This document shows positions 1 to 16,768 of a DNA stretch of 64,000 nucleotides, one piece after another; the stretch's first letter is position 1, and every line of letters begins with the position of its first letter. Both the position numbers and the translations under genes were made by a program. The notes under the pieces were generated by a model. It was given only the letters and a program-made list of their open reading frames with translations, was not told the origin of the DNA and ran no database searches. Source of the stretch: the human T2T-CHM13v2.0 reference genome, Homo sapiens. Location: assembly GCF_009914755.1 (NCBI RefSeq), contig NC_060928.1; one strand, written 5' to 3'.

Positions 1-247
1 AGTAAAGCCATCTGGCCCTGGAGTTTTCTTTGTGGGAAGGTTTTTAACTACACATTTAATTTTCTTAATAGTAATAAGGCTCCCCTCGCTTGTGTCCTAT
101 CTTCCAGACCTCATTCTTCTACATTGCCTGATGTCTGTTGCCTTGAAAACTATGCTTTCTTATGTTTGGTCTTTTTCCTTTTTTGGCTGCTTCAGGAAAG
201 ACAATAAATCTGGTTTTTGTTATTCCATGTTGTGTGGAAACAGAAGT
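1..247 (-). mobile_element. Ancient L1M fragments (ORF2 piece plus 5'-end-like piece)
   Basis: AAGCCATCTGGCCCTGGAGTTTTCTTTGTGGGAAGGTTTTTAACTAC is an antisense L1 ORF2 motif; 80-247 resembles an antisense old-L1 5' end. Confidence 0.6.
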
Positions 248-973
248 GCTTTATATGTTTCTGTATTTTCATAGAAAAATTTTTTTATCGCTCAAAAATT
301 ATAAATATACATTTGGAAAATGCTACATAGCTTTGAACAGCAAAGAATTTAGTAATTATTTTGAGAATTTCTGACAGGTCCTCATTATTTACTCTGAAAA
401 CACTAAACTGTAAAGCTCTATGCAATTATTAAATATTATTTTTGTTGTGTTTTCCATGTTGTATAAAAGCTTTATATATACTTTAGGCTTACAATGTGTT
501 CCTACTTTCACATAATATTTAGAAGAGGCTGACTAATGAAAGCTGGAGAAACAGTATACGAAATGCTTAATTTTGGTTTATCAATTATATTCAATAAGTT
601 AAAATGTCTAGTTTAATGAGTCATTAAATACAAATAACCTGGATAGGGCTATTTTAAAAGTTTATATTAGAGAAGGCTTTCTCTTAACATCTTGACTTTA
701 TCTAGAACTTTAGGAAATGTTTAGGTGAAAGGAAAGGTAGCAAAAATTGTAGTAATTAATGAACATTAAGGACAAAAGTTAAAATACCCACTGAAAGCTG
801 CAAATGTTAAACTGTATCTCTTATCATGGTTTGACTTGAATATGCCCTACTGCACACTGAAATATATCAAATTCAAAGATTTTATAAATGATAAAACAAT
901 TGTAAGTTTTCAAAAAAAGATGGCAGGAATTGCAGTAAGTGCTTTTAGAGCATTGAATTCTGTTCAGATGATT

Positions 974-1096
974 TTAAAAAATAATTGGTAATAACTTAGT
1001 AAATAGTTTAGTAAACTGTTTCTTAAAACTTTTTTCATCCATGATAGATATAATAATGTAGCATATAAATAGGAAGAAGTGTAAACATAAGACAGC
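974..1096 (-). CDS. Candidate terminal coding exon (hydrophobic segment, basic tail, stop); gene unidentified
   Basis: Minus-strand acceptor TTTTTACCTTCAG|GCT at 1097/1096; open to TAA at 976-974, [40 protein letters not shown]; not recognisably repeat-derived. Confidence 0.3.
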   Translation of the reverse strand, partial: AVLCLHFFLFICYIIISIMDEKSFKKQFTKLFTKLLPIIF

Positions 1097-1226
1097 CTGA
1101 AGGTAAAAATTAAGCCAATGGGAACAATTTCTTTTTCCAGAGATACGGATTTCCTTATTCTGCCACTGTATGGCAGAGTAACAACCAACCAACCAATCAG
1201 ACAAACAAAACAAAACATCCAACCAA

Positions 1227-1530
1227 TTTTTTTTTTTGTTTTGAGATGGAGTCTCGCTCTGTCACCCAGGCTGGATTGCAGTGGTGTGATCTCGGCTCAC
1301 AGCAACCTCCACTCCCCAGGTTCAAATGATTCTCCTGCCTCAGCCTCCTGAGTAACTGGGATTACAGGCATGTGCCAGCATGCCCGACTATTTTTTTTTT
1401 ATACTTTTAGTAGAGATGAGGTTTCACCATGTTGGCCAGGCTGGTCTTGAACTCCTGACCTCAAGCGATCCATCCACCTCAGCCACCCAAACTGCTAGGA
1501 TTACAGGCGTGAGCCACTTCACCCAGCCGC
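1227..1530 (-). mobile_element. Alu (AluS-like)
   Basis: Poly-T followed by GAGATGGAGTCTCGCTCTGTCACCCAGG...GGATTACAGGCGTGAGCCAC. Confidence 0.95.
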
Positions 1531-1980
1531 AACCAATTCTTCAAGACCACCTCATTAGCATTCACAGTGCTGTGTCTCCAAGGCTCTAGAGATAAATGAA
1601 ATAACTGAATCCTTGAGAAAATTCTATTTTCTTAATGATGAAAGGGGAAATAAAACTGGCTTTCCGATGAGTGCAAATTTAATACATATTTTAAAAGGGT
1701 AAGGTTGTCAATTGTCATAAACAAAAACAATCAAATAGAATAAGGGAGCTCAGATTCTGAATGAAACCCTATTCTGTATTTTGAGTCATTCCGTTTTGAA
1801 TCATACAGTTACCATGTCCTATCAAATACAGAAAGCAGTGAGCAGGATAAATTGGACACCTAACAGCTTTCTAGTTAAGCAGTTTTTACAGCTACCTTCA
1901 CTGAAGCTATTAGGAAATTTCTACTTGACCTGAACAGAACTACCAGACTGAGTTTCTTGTAAGAAAAAATGATTACTTAC

Positions 1981-2099
1981 TATTGTAGCTATTTGGAGAC
2001 CCTTGGTTTCAATGAAAACAAGCAAGGTATATTCCCCTATGGGAAATGCATTAGCTGAGATGTAGAATTCCTCTGCTTCTTTCAAACAAATACATCCTA
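1981..2099 (-). CDS. Candidate internal coding exon, in phase with the 1096-974 exon
   Basis: Donor ATA|GTAAGT at 1981/1980; NAGNAG acceptor TTTACAG|TAG|G at 2100-2096; open frame GCICLKEAEEFYISANAFPIGEYTLLVFIETKGLQIATI. Confidence 0.3.
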
Positions 2100-2179
2100 C
2101 TGTAAATATGAGGCTGCAGGCCACTGTGAATTTTTTTTTTAGGAGGGAAAATTCAATCCTTTCCTTATTAAAAAACAAT

Positions 2180-2560
2180 CATAATAGCTCTGCCACATGC
2201 TACAGCATAGTATCTTCATAGGTGAACCTTGAAGGCACTACGCTAAAGGAAGTAAACGAGCCACAAAAGGAAAAAAATTGTATATTCCACTTATACGAGT
2301 TTCCTAGAATAGTCACATTCATAGAGACAGAAAATAGCATGGTGTTTGCCAGGGCCTGAGGGAAAAGAGGAAAAGGGAGTTGGGGCTTCATTGGTATAAA
2401 ATTTCCACTGGGGAAGTTGACGAAGTTCTAGAGATGGAAGTGGTGATAGTTGTATAACAATGTGAATGTACTTAATGCCACAGAACTGTAAAATAAGAAA
2501 TGGTTAAAATTGTAAATTTTATCTTATATATACTTTGCCACCTTAAAAAACAAAAAACAA
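2180..2560 (+). mobile_element. L1MB-like 3' end
   Basis: GAACCTTGAAGGCACTACGCTAA...ATTCATAGAGACAGAAA...GTTCTAGAGATGG...TGTACTTAATGCCAC motifs and an A-rich tail. Confidence 0.8.
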
Positions 2561-2831
2561 AAACTTAGCTCTTATTCCTTTTATTATAAAATTATAAAAT
2601 TTCTTATTATAAAATTATAGAATACATGTCCATTATAGAAAATACAGTACAGATAATAAAAAAGAAATAAAAATTCTATAGTTAGCCATTGCTAGTTTTA
2701 CTTTATAATTTTCTAAGTTATTTTGTTGTATACAAATGTATGTTTGTGTGTGTGAGAGATAATTTATTTTATAACACGGCCTCTTTTTTGGGACTGTGAA
2801 GCTGGAGAGAGAATGTTGGTGATTAGTTTGA

Positions 2832-3133
<302 letters not shown>

Positions 3134-3887
3134 TAGTTTGACATTTCTTATGCTACTTTATTTAAGAGGAGAAGGTAGCTGCCCTTAGAAAGAAACTGCA
3201 GGCTGTATTAGAAAAGATTATCAGAATGTAGTAAGAAAGCTATATTTTTCACTTGAGCCAAGAGGGCAATGGTGACCAAATTATCTGGTCAGAGTAGTTA
3301 GTGACCAGTGGCTTGACCTAGAAATTTCAGAATGTTGGCTGTGGGAATTGGACAATAAGGTTTAGGCAGAAGCATATATACAAAACCAAACTTAAGACAA
3401 TATTCAAGACAAAGTTCTAAAGAAAACACTTTCAACAGAAACACGAATAACACAAATGGTAATGTGGGTAGTTCCTTTACTCATTAAATATTTGTGTGTG
3501 TGTGTGTGTTTTTTACTTTGGAAAAAACATTCTGAATATGGAAAAATACAGAGGATAGTATAATAAACATCCACATACCCATCACTCAGAATTAACAAAG
3601 ATTATCATGTAGTCGAATGAGCCCAAATATTTAGGTAATAAAACCCTACACTGAAACATGACAGATAAGAGTGCCCTGCCCCAGGCCCATTGCCTTTCTT
3701 CTTTTCCAACCTCTTTCAGTTTCATGGTTTTGCTGTGTGTCCTTCCAGTCCACATTTTTGATAATTTTAATACATATATATTATTCATAAAAAGTACATT
3801 GCTTTTTGTGTTTCTAAAATTTACATTAATGGATATATGCTGTCTGTATCTCTTTTTTTGTAGCTTGCTTTTTAAACTAAAAGCTAT

Positions 3888-3892
<5 letters not shown>

Positions 3893-3934
<42 letters not shown>
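3893..3934. repeat. (TG)~21 microsatellite in an Alu tail position
   Basis: Uninterrupted TG run. Confidence 0.95.
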
Positions 3935-3937
<3 letters not shown>

Positions 3938-4227
3938 AGACAGGATCTTGCTCTATCACCCAGGCTGGAGTGCAGTGGCACGATCATGGCCCTCTGCAGC
4001 CTTGATCTCTTGATTTCCCGGGCTCAAGCAATCCTCCCACCTCAGCCTTCCTAGTAGCTGGGAGTACAGGCACGCACTACCATGCCCAACTGATTTTTAA
4101 AATGTTTAGTAGAGATGACGTCTCGCTATGTTGCCCAGACTAGTTTAGAACTCCTGAGCTCAAGCAATCCTCCTGCCTCAGCCTCCCAAAGTGTTGGGAT
4201 TACATGCGTGAGCCACTGCACCTGGCC
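3935..4227 (-). mobile_element. AluJ
   Basis: GGGCTCAAGCAATCCTCCCACCTCAGCC, AluJ-type motif. Confidence 0.9.
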
Positions 4228-4251
4228 TAAAACTATACTTTTAAAGATTGA

Positions 4252-4798
<547 letters not shown>

Positions 4799-4806
4799 AT
4801 CTAAAC

Positions 4807-4989
4807 AAGTGATTCTCAAAATGTGGTCCTGACTGGCAGCATCAGCATCCCCTTAGAACTTGTTAGAATACAAATTCTTTGGCTCTGTCCCTGACCCAAT
4901 GAATCAGAATTTATGGGGGAGAACACAGAAATCTAAGGTTCTACAAACCCTCCAGGTGATTCTGGTGCACACTAAAGTGAGAACCACTG
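4807..4989. mobile_element. MER5A
   Basis: AGTGATTCTCAAAATGTGGTCC...CAGCATCAGCATC...TCCAGGTGATTCTG...GAGAACCACTG. Confidence 0.85.
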
Positions 4990-5164
4990 AGCTAAAACTA
5001 TTGAATTGTTTTCAATTGTATGGAAACACCCCACTGCATTTATCTTATTGATCATTTCACATTTATCATGTAAGATGATGTTCTCTATACTAAGAGGCTC
5101 CTTTGTCCTCCTACACTACACCATACAACATACCCCTTAAAACATTAAAATGGACATTTTAGTA

Positions 5165-5395
5165 ATAAAAAACATCTGTTGGAATGCTTACTATTTCCTT
5201 GGCATTATTCTAGGTTTTTTATCTATTAATTACCCGTAACAACCCAAGGAAGTAGATGCCAGTACTATCCAATTTCACAGATGAGAAACTAAGTAGTAAA
5301 GTAATTTGTTCAAGGTTACACAACTAATAAGTGTCTGACCGAGCCAAGATTTGAACCCAGACTGTTTGGGACTAGAGCCTGTTTCTTTAACATTG
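5165..5395 (-). mobile_element. MIR
   Basis: TTTCACAGATGAGAAACTAAG...CAAGGTTACACA...GATTTGAACCCAG core. Confidence 0.8.
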
Positions 5396-5495
5396 CACAC
5401 ATTCCCAGAAACACAGACTGTACCATTTTGGCTTAATGTTCAGAGCCTAGTGTAATAGATTATGCATCCAAATGTCTAACAAAAAATGACGTGGA

Positions 5496-5836
<341 letters not shown>

Positions 5837-6516
5837 CTAAATTTGGCATGCTTCTACCAAGCACAGAATTCATTTTCTCTAAAACGCCTCAAAGCTCCTG
5901 CTCCAGCCATATACACAGGCACTTATATTTATATCACTAAGACATGAACCTTTACATGAAATTTGGAGAAATAATCTTGCTACTCAACACTATACATATT
6001 TTTAAAAAGATTAAATACAGGATTTAGAATCAGGTTTTCATTTAAGCACATCAAAAATAGATGCTAAAACTTTAATGGTATTAAAAAAACAAAAAATAAA
6101 AAAATGGTGGCCTTTAAACATTTACTGTGGTTTTAATTTTTCTTGAGTGTCACTTTATATTTTCATGTGGTATGAAAGGTTTAGTGACTTCCAACCAGAG
6201 ATATTTTCTGATCACTTTCTAGAAATCTACAATGTTGTTAGGAAGATAAAGCATACACATGCAAAGCAGTTAAACAGTAATACAAGTCCAGGTAACCTTA
6301 AGAGGTCAAGGTTATAATATAGCAGATACAAAGCTTAACCTTAAGAGTTTAAGCTTAAAATGTAGCAGATACAAAGAGAGCAAAGGTTATAGAAACTCAG
6401 AGAAGAGTGAAAATATCTGAATTGGCTGGAAATTTTTTATGAAGGAGGTCAATTTGCATTAAGTGAGAAGAATGCATATTATTATGAAAGAAGGAAGGTA
6501 CTTTATGTAAGTTTGA

Positions 6517-6820
6517 TTTTTTTTTTTTTTTTTTGAGATGGAGTCTCACTCTGTCGCCCAGGCTAGAGTGCAGTGATGCGATTTCAGCTCACTGCCAACC
6601 TCTGCCACTTGGGTTCAAGTGATTCTCATGCCTCAGCCTCCAGAGCAAGCTGGGAATACAGGCGCGTACCACCATGCCTGGCTAATATTTTTGTATTTTT
6701 AGTAAAGATGGGGTTTTGCCATGTTGACCAGGCTGTTCTCAAACTCCTGACCTCAGGTGATCCACCCATCTCAGCCTCCCAAAATGCTGGGATTACAGGC
6801 ATGAGCCACCACTCCTGGCC
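6517..6820 (-). mobile_element. AluS with TSD
   Basis: Alu body; TSD GTAAGTTTGA. Confidence 0.95.
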
Positions 6821-7181
6821 AAGTAAGTTTGACATTTTAAAAACTAACAGTACTCTCGGTGATGGGCAAAACAACTTCTGGCAGCTTCAGATTTACATTC
6901 TTCCAACCTAGTAGTCCCAGGAGAAAGATTCATATCTGCTTCCAGCATCCTTATGGCAATCCAGGGACGTATTCTGATTTTTCCTGTTCAGGACATGTGA
7001 CCATCCCTGGCCTAATCACTTTTCCCAAAAAGATAAGCTGCTATGATAGGCCAGGTATAGATCTTGTACTTAATCCAGTGACCACATGGAATAGAGAACA
7101 TGCAGTTCCTCAAGGAAAATAGGGGTCATGGACACTCAAAAATGACAGCAATCTACTTTACCTTAATATCAATGTTATTTC

Positions 7182-7605
7182 TGTGTTACTCCATTTTGCA
7201 CTGCTATAAAGGAATACCTGAGACTCAGTAATTTATAAAGAAAAGAGGTTTATTTGGCTCATGGTTTTGTGGGCTGTACAAGTATGGCACAGCATCTGTT
7301 TGGCTTCTGGTGAGGTCTCAGGAAGCTTTTACTCATGGGGGAACGTGAAGGGAGAGGAGGTATGTTACATGGTGAGAGAGGAAGCAAGAAAGAAGGGAAC
7401 AGGTGCCAGGTTCCTTTTAACAACCAGCTCTTGTGTGAACTAATAGAACGATAACTCACTCATTACCACCAAGACAGCACTAAGCCATTCACGAAGGATC
7501 TGCCCATCCACCAAGACCCAAACACTTCCCACTAGGCCTAGCTCCAAACATTGGGGGTCACATTTCAACATGAGATTTGGAGGGTCAAATTTCCAAACCC
7601 TATCA
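7182..7605 (-). mobile_element. MaLR solo LTR (MSTB/MSTA-like)
   Basis: TGCTATAAAGGAATACCTGAGACT...AAAGAAAAGAGGTTTATTTGGCTCATGG...TTTCAACATGAGATTTGGAGG. Confidence 0.85.
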
Positions 7606-7989
7606 GTCTCCGACTCCTCCCTAATATGAAGCCCTCCATGATTATCTTGCCCAAGTCAGTCTCTTTATTGTCTCCTGATCATCCCATGTTTGTCCCGGAC
7701 TTTAAGACTAAGCCTTTGCTCATGTTGTTTGTCTCTACTAGAATATTATTACTCTTCCTTTCCTTTTTTCTAAATATCCATTACTCAAGCTTAAGTCAAC
7801 CTCCTTCTTGAGGAATTTCCATCCAGTCCTGATACTTCCTTCTCCTGCTTCTCTACATTCCTATAGCCCCATATTAAAAGAACCTCCATATTATCTTCAC
7901 CCAGATACTCTCCTTGCTCTATCACCCATTTTCTCCATTATATATGTATGTATGTATGTGTGTGTGTGTGTGTGTGTATACATATCCAT

Positions 7990-9400
7990 TATCATTAGTT
8001 TATATTTTTCTGAACCATTTCAGAGCAAAGCATGGACATAAAACCCCATCATTGCTAAACTGTCCAGTATATGTTTCTTTAAAACATAGCCATTCTCTAA
8101 CTCTGCAGGTCAGGATATCAACATTGATTTTACACTACCATCCATTCTACAAACCCCATTAAAATTTCACCAACTATCCATAAAATGTCTCTTTTTACCT
8201 TCTGGTCCAGAATCTCACCCAAAAATATGCATTGCATTTAGTCATGTTTTTTTTGTCTCCTATAATCTGCAACAGTTCTTCGGTTTTTCCCTCCCTTTCA
8301 TGTCCTCAACAGTTTTAAAAAGTACAGACCTCACATTCCATAGATGATCCTCAACCTGTGTCCAATGTTTCCTCATGCATGATGAGAATCAGGTCATGTT
8401 TTCTTGGCAGAAACACCATAAAACTGATGCTGTTCTCTTTACAGTGTATCATCTCAGGAGGCACATAATGTCAACCCATTGTGTTAACCTTGATGACCTA
8501 CTCATGTTGGTGTCTGCTAGGTTTCTCACTTGTAACATCATCATTTTCTCCTTTCTAATTGATTAGTATTTTATGGGTAGATATTCTGAGATTATGTCAA
8601 TACCTTGTTCTTTATCAAAACTCTACTCACCAGCATTAGCATCTTTTAACAACTCCTACCTGAATCAACCACCATTGTGATGGTTGCCAAATGGTGATTT
8701 TATATCTCTACCATTCCTTGTATATTTATCATTTAGCATTCTATTGTAAGGAAGAGCTTTACACTTATTTATTATATGTATGGACTCACTTGTTTCTATT
8801 TTTAAAAATGTATTTGTTCCTTATCTTGTTTTTTTCTTTGATGTTCAAATTGTACCAAATTTACTGAGTGGGAACACCTTCAGGGTGGCTCCTGTGTCTT
8901 CTTGACATATTCTAATTATTTTTTGAGCACAAGATATTCTAGGCTCATCTTCCTAACTTTTTGACACAAGATATTCTAGGCTTATCCTGTGCCTTTCCTG
9001 CCCCAGACTAGAATCATCCATTTCTCCGAGAAGTCCTAAGTTTCTTTCAGTGAAGGATGGTATTTAGAAACCAAGAACTGGGTCTTGGTGTGCTCATTGC
9101 CACTGGGAGATGGAGAGGGGCATTGTTTTTAGGCCTTCTTAGTGGACAAAGCTAGTAAATATATGTGTGTGTACACACACACATACACACACACACACCT
9201 AAAACTATTTCTAAATCTTTCTATATACATGTAAAAACATGAGTTTATATGATCCCTGCAGTTTTAATCCAATAGGCTTCTTTCTAGGGTTCCTTCTTTC
9301 CATGTTTTTAAGTACTTTCTCCAACTTTTTCAATGTATATACTTATTCACTTAATTGATTTACTTATTTGCTCAATATAATCAATCGTCAACACACTGGC
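7990..9400 (-). mobile_element. Old L1 3' region (L1MC-like)
   Basis: TTGCATTTAGTCATG...TATAATCTGCAACAGTTC; GGTTGCCAAATGGTGATTT; GGTATTTAGAAACCAAGA motifs. Confidence 0.7.
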
Positions 9401-9537
9401 TGTCCTCTCTGCCCACCAACTCCACTCTCTGCCTCTCTAGTCTCTTGTGTTCATGCTGATGTGCCTCTGAATAGCTACTTCCTTACTTTTTTACTTCTCA
9501 GTGCCCTCACATTCTTGAATGTCACTAGGAATAAGGG

Positions 9538-10024
<487 letters not shown>

Positions 10025-10044
10025 ATATGGTGCCCTAATGTCTT

Positions 10045-10512
<468 letters not shown>

Positions 10513-11312
10513 GCTGGGGCCACTTGGTTGAAAACTATTTCCCTAGGGAAATTCTTGCATATATACATCAGAAGGCATGCACAATAATGATCAGACTAGA
10601 GATGCTAAGCATTTTGTAATGCAGTTCCAATTGTGATTAAAATCACATTTGATTCTCCCATTTGATTCTTCATCTCATTGAATATCAGCTTCATTTTGCA
10701 GAAATGTGCTCCATTTAAAAGACAAAGACTGGTAGAATAGCATAGAAAACACGATTGAACTATATGCTGCTTACAAAACACTCACCTTCCCTGTAAAGAC
10801 ACATTTAGAATGAAAGTAAAAGAGTGGAAAAAGATATCCCATGCAATGGAAGCCAAAAGCAAACAGGAGTAGCTATACTTATACCAGATATAACAGACTT
10901 TAAATCAAAAACAATTAAAAAAAAAAGGTCATTATACAAAGATAAAGGGATCGATTCAACAAGAGGATATAACAATCTTAAATATATATGCATGCAAAAC
11001 CAGAGTACCCATATTCATAAAACAAATACTACTACATCTAAAAAAGAGACAGGCAGCAATACAATAAAACTTGGAGACATCAACACCCCACTCACAGCAA
11101 CAGACAGATCATGAGACAGGAAATCAACAAAGAAACATTGAACTTAAATTGTACTTTAGACCAAATGGACCTAAGAGACATTTACAGAACATTTTACCCA
11201 ACAACTACAGAATATACATTCTTGTCATCAGCCCATGGGATAGTCTCCAAGATAAACCATATATTAGGCCACAATACAAGTCTCAACAAATTTTTAAAAG
11301 TTGAAATAATAT

Positions 11313-11613
<301 letters not shown>

Positions 11614-13514
11614 TCATGTATCTTTTCAGATCACGGCTGAATAAAACTAGAAATCCATACCAAGAGGAACTTCAGCAACTATAAAAATATGTGGAAATTA
11701 AACAACATGCTTCTGAACAATCATTGAGTCAATGAAGAAATTCAGATGGAAAAAAATAAATAAATTAAGATGGAAATCCTTTTTTTTGAAATGAATGAAA
11801 ATGGAAACAACATACCAAAATCTTTGAGATAGAGCAAAAGCAGTGCTAAGAGGGTAGTTTGTAGAATTAAATACCTATATCAAAACAATCGACAGAACAC
11901 AAATTAACAATCTAACATTGCACCTCAAGGAACTAGAAAAAAAAGAACAAATCAAACCTAAAGTTAGTGGAAGAAAAGAAATAACAAAGATCAGAGTAGA
12001 ACTAAGTAAAATAGAGACCCCAAAACAACACTAAGTATCAACAAAACAAAAAGTTGGCTTTTCGAAAAGATAAGCAAAATTGATAAACCACTAGCTAGAC
12101 TAACCAGAAAAAGAAGAGAGAAGATTCAAATAAACAAAATCAGAAATGAAAAAGGAGATATTACAACTGACACCACAGAAATACAAAAGATCATCAGAGA
12201 CTATTAAGAACCATACACTCATGCCCTAGAAAACCTAGAGGAAATTGATAAATTCCTGGAAACACACAACCTACGAAGATTGAACTAGGAAGAAACAGAA
12301 ACCCTAACAGACTAATGATGAGTAGAAAAATTGAATCAGTAATAAAAAATCTCCCAACAAAAAAAATCCAGGACCAAATGAATTCATAGCCAAATTCTAC
12401 CAAATGTACAAAGAAGAATGGGTACCAATCTTCCTGAAACTATTCCAAAATCTGAGGAGGAGTGAATTATCCCTAATTCATTCTACAAAGCCAGTATCAC
12501 CCTGATACCAAAACCAGACAAGGACACAACACAAAATACGACAGCCCAATTACCCTGAGGTATATAGATGCAAATATCCTCAACAAAATACTAGAAAACC
12601 AAATCCAATAGCACAACAAAAGGTAATACACCATGATCAAGTGGGTTTTATACCTAGGATGCAAGGATGGGTCAACATACACAAATAAACAATTGTGATT
12701 TATCATATAAATGGAACGAATGGCTAAAACCATATGATCACCTCAGTATATGCAGAAAAAGGATTTTATAAAAGCCAACATACCTTCATGATAAAAACAG
12801 TCAACCAACTAGGCATAGAAGAAACATACCTCGAAATAGAAAAGGCTATGTACAACAAACCCACAGCCAACAACAGGCTCAACAAAGAAAAGTTGAAAGC
12901 ATTCTCTCTAAGACTGGAACAAGACAAGGATGCCTGCTTTTACCACTCCTACTCAACATACTACTGCAAGTCCCAGCCAGAGCAATCTGTCAAAAGAAAG
13001 AAATAAGAAGTATCAAGATTGGAAAAGAGAAAGTCGAATTATCTCTGTTCACTGATGATATGATCTAGAAAACCCTAAAGACATCACCAAAAAACTGGTA
13101 GATTTGATAAATGGATTGAATAAACTTTCAGGATACAAAATCAGTGCACCAAAATCAATAGCATTTCTATACACCAATAATGTTCAAGCTGAGAGCCAAA
13201 TCCAAAAGGCAATCGCATTTACAATAACTACAAAAACTACCCAGAAATATATTTAAGGAGGTGAAATATCTCCACAAAGAAAACTATAAAACACTGGTGA
13301 AATTGTAGGTGACACAAACAAATGAAAAAATATCCCATGGTCATGGATCAGAAGAATTTAATATCATTAAAATGACCTACTGCCCAGAGCAATCTACAGA
13401 TTCTATGCAGTCTCCATAAAAAACCAATGTCATTTTTTTTCACAGAATTAGAAATAAACAATCCTAAAATTCATATGGCACCAAAAAAGACCCCAAATAA
13501 CTGAAGCAATCCTA

Positions 13515-13880
<366 letters not shown>

Positions 13881-14834
13881 CTACAAGGGTATAGTAACTC
13901 AAACAGCAAGGCATTGGTATAAAAATAGATCAATGGAACAGAGTAGAGAACCCAGAAATCAAGCTACATATCTGCAACTGATCTTTGACAAAGTTGACAA
14001 GAAGATACACTGGCAAAAGACAACTTTTTCAATATATGATGCTGGGAAAATTGGATTGCCATATGCAGAAGAATGAAACTGGATCCCTATCTTTCACCAT
14101 ATACAAAAATCAACTCAAGGTAGATTAAAAACTTAAATGTAAGACCTGAAACGATAAAAATACTAAAGAAAATTCTGTATATTGGCCTAGGCAAAAAGTT
14201 TATGACTAAGACCTAAAAAGCACAAGCAACATAACCAAAAATAGACAAATGGGACTTAATTAAACTAAAAAGCTTCTGCATGGCAAAAGAAATAATCAAC
14301 AGAATGAACAAAGAGCCTGTGGAATGGGAGAAAATATTTACAAACTATCCATTTGACAGGGGACTAATATCCAGAATTTATAAGGAACTCAAACAACTCA
14401 ACGAAAATCTCAACTCCAAAAAATGCTTAACATTACTAATCAGCAGAAAAGTGCAAATTAAAATCACAATGAGATATCATCTTACACCAGTCAGAATGGC
14501 TATTATTAAAAAGACAAAAAATAATAGATGTTGGCAAGGATGCAGAGAAAAGGGAGCACTTATACACTATTGGTGGGAATGTAAGTTAGTACAGCCTCTA
14601 TGGAAAACAGTATGGAGGTTTCTCAAAGAACTACAAATAGAACTACCATTTAACCCAGAAATCACACTACTGGGTATCTACCCCAAGGAAAAGAAATCAT
14701 TATACAAAAAAGAAACTTGCACTTATAATTATTGCAGCACTATTCACAATAGCAAAGATATGGAATCAACCTAAGTGTCCATCAACAAATGACTGGATAC
14801 AGAAAATGTGGTATGTATACACAAGGGAATACTA

Positions 14835-15167
<333 letters not shown>

Positions 15168-15428
15168 TCATGTCTTTTGCAGCAATATGGGTAGAACTGG
15201 AGGCCATTATCTTAGGTGAAACAACTCAAACAAAAAGAACTAGACATTGGAGACTCAGAAGGGTATAGGGGTTGGAAGGGTGTGGATAATGAAAAATAAC
15301 TTAAAAGGGTACAATGTATATTATTCACCTGATGGATACACTAAAAGCCCAGATTTTAACACTATGCAATATATCCATGTAACAAAAACTGCACTTAAAT
15401 TTATATAAGTAATAATAATTAAAAAACA

Positions 15429-16425
15429 ACTCTTCATTCCTTCTCTCCAGCACTTGCCAACCACTATTCTACTTTCTGTCTCTATGAATTTGACCTCATA
15501 TACATGGAATCATATAGCATTTGTCTATTTGTGACCAGTTTATTTCACTTAGAATAATGTTTTGAAGGTTCATCCATATCATAACATGTGTCAGAGTTTT
15601 CTTCCTTTTTAAGGCTGAATAATATTCCATTGTATGTCTGTACACATTTTGTTCATCCATTCACCTGTTGATGGACACTTGGATTCCTTTCACCTTTTGG
15701 CTATTGTGAATAATGTTGCTGTAAACATCAGTGTATAAATATCTCTTCAAGATACTGCTATTAATTTTGGGGGGTATATACCCAGAGTTAGAATTTCTGG
15801 ATCACATGCTAATTCTATTTTTAATTTTTTGAGAAACCACCATATTGTTTTCCATAGTATCTACACCATTTTATATATGCCCAAACAGTGCATAAGGGTA
15901 CCAATTTCTTTATATCCTTGCCAATATTTGTTATTTTCTGTTTTTTTGATAGTAGCCATCCTAATGGGTGTGAAGTGCTATCTCATTGTAGTTCTGACTT
16001 GCATTTCCCTGATGATTACTGGAGTTGAGCATTTTTCATTTTATTGACCGTTTATATATATATTCTTTGGAGAATGCCTAATCAAGTCTTTTGCCCATTT
16101 TGTAATCAGTTTATTGTTGTTGAGTTGTAAGAATTCTTTTTATATTTTGGGTATTAATCTATTATCAGATATATAGTTTATACTATTTTCATCAATAGGT
16201 TGTTTTTTCACTCTGTTGATTATATCCTTTGATGTGCAGAAGTTTTTAATTTTTATAGCGTCCAATTTATCTATTTTTACTTTTGTTGCGTATGCTTTCA
16301 GTGTCATAGCCAAGAAATCATTACCAAATGCAATGTCATGAAGCTTTTGTCCTATGTTTTTTTTCTAAGAGTTTTATTGTTTTAGCTTTTGTGGTTAAAT
16401 CTTTGATCCATTTTGAGTTATTTTC
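15429..16425 (-). mobile_element. L1MB-like 3' region
   Basis: CCACTATTCTACTTTCTGTCTCTATGAATTTGAC...AAGGCTGAATAATATTCCATTG...TTGCATTTCCCTGATGA. Confidence 0.88.
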
Positions 16426-16591
16426 TATAAACACTTAAGTTTTTGAGTAAATGAAGTGACATAAAATGATTGTGAGCTAAGGATGTAGTTGCCAATAATA
16501 ATCAACAGACGCTTCATTCACATCCTCAGATTCTATATGTTAACTGCATTAAATATAATTCTTTCTGTGAAAGAGCTGTGATCAACTTGAG

Positions 16592-16768
16592 CACTGGGTC
16601 TCAACTTTGGCTGCCCTAGCATTCCTGGGGAAGCTTTAAAAGATACTGATATCTAGGTTTTGCCCCCAGAGATTTTCATTTAATTGTTTTGGGGTACTGC
16701 CTGAGCATTGGTGCTTTTACAGGCTCTCTGGGTGATTCTGATATGCAACCAAAGATGAGATTCATTGT
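16592..16768. mobile_element. MER5-family MITE
   Basis: TCTCAACTTTGGCTGC...CCTGGGGAAGCTTTAAAA...GGTGATTCTGATATGCAACCAAAG. Confidence 0.7.

Noticed and set aside
6294-6376. Degenerate ~40-bp direct repeat (similar case at 8927-8985)
   Set aside because: Short, diverged slippage duplications with no further structure
14280-14774. 164-aa ORF (also 10824-11383 and 28554-28904)
   Set aside because: Fragments of decayed L1 ORF2p, not host genes
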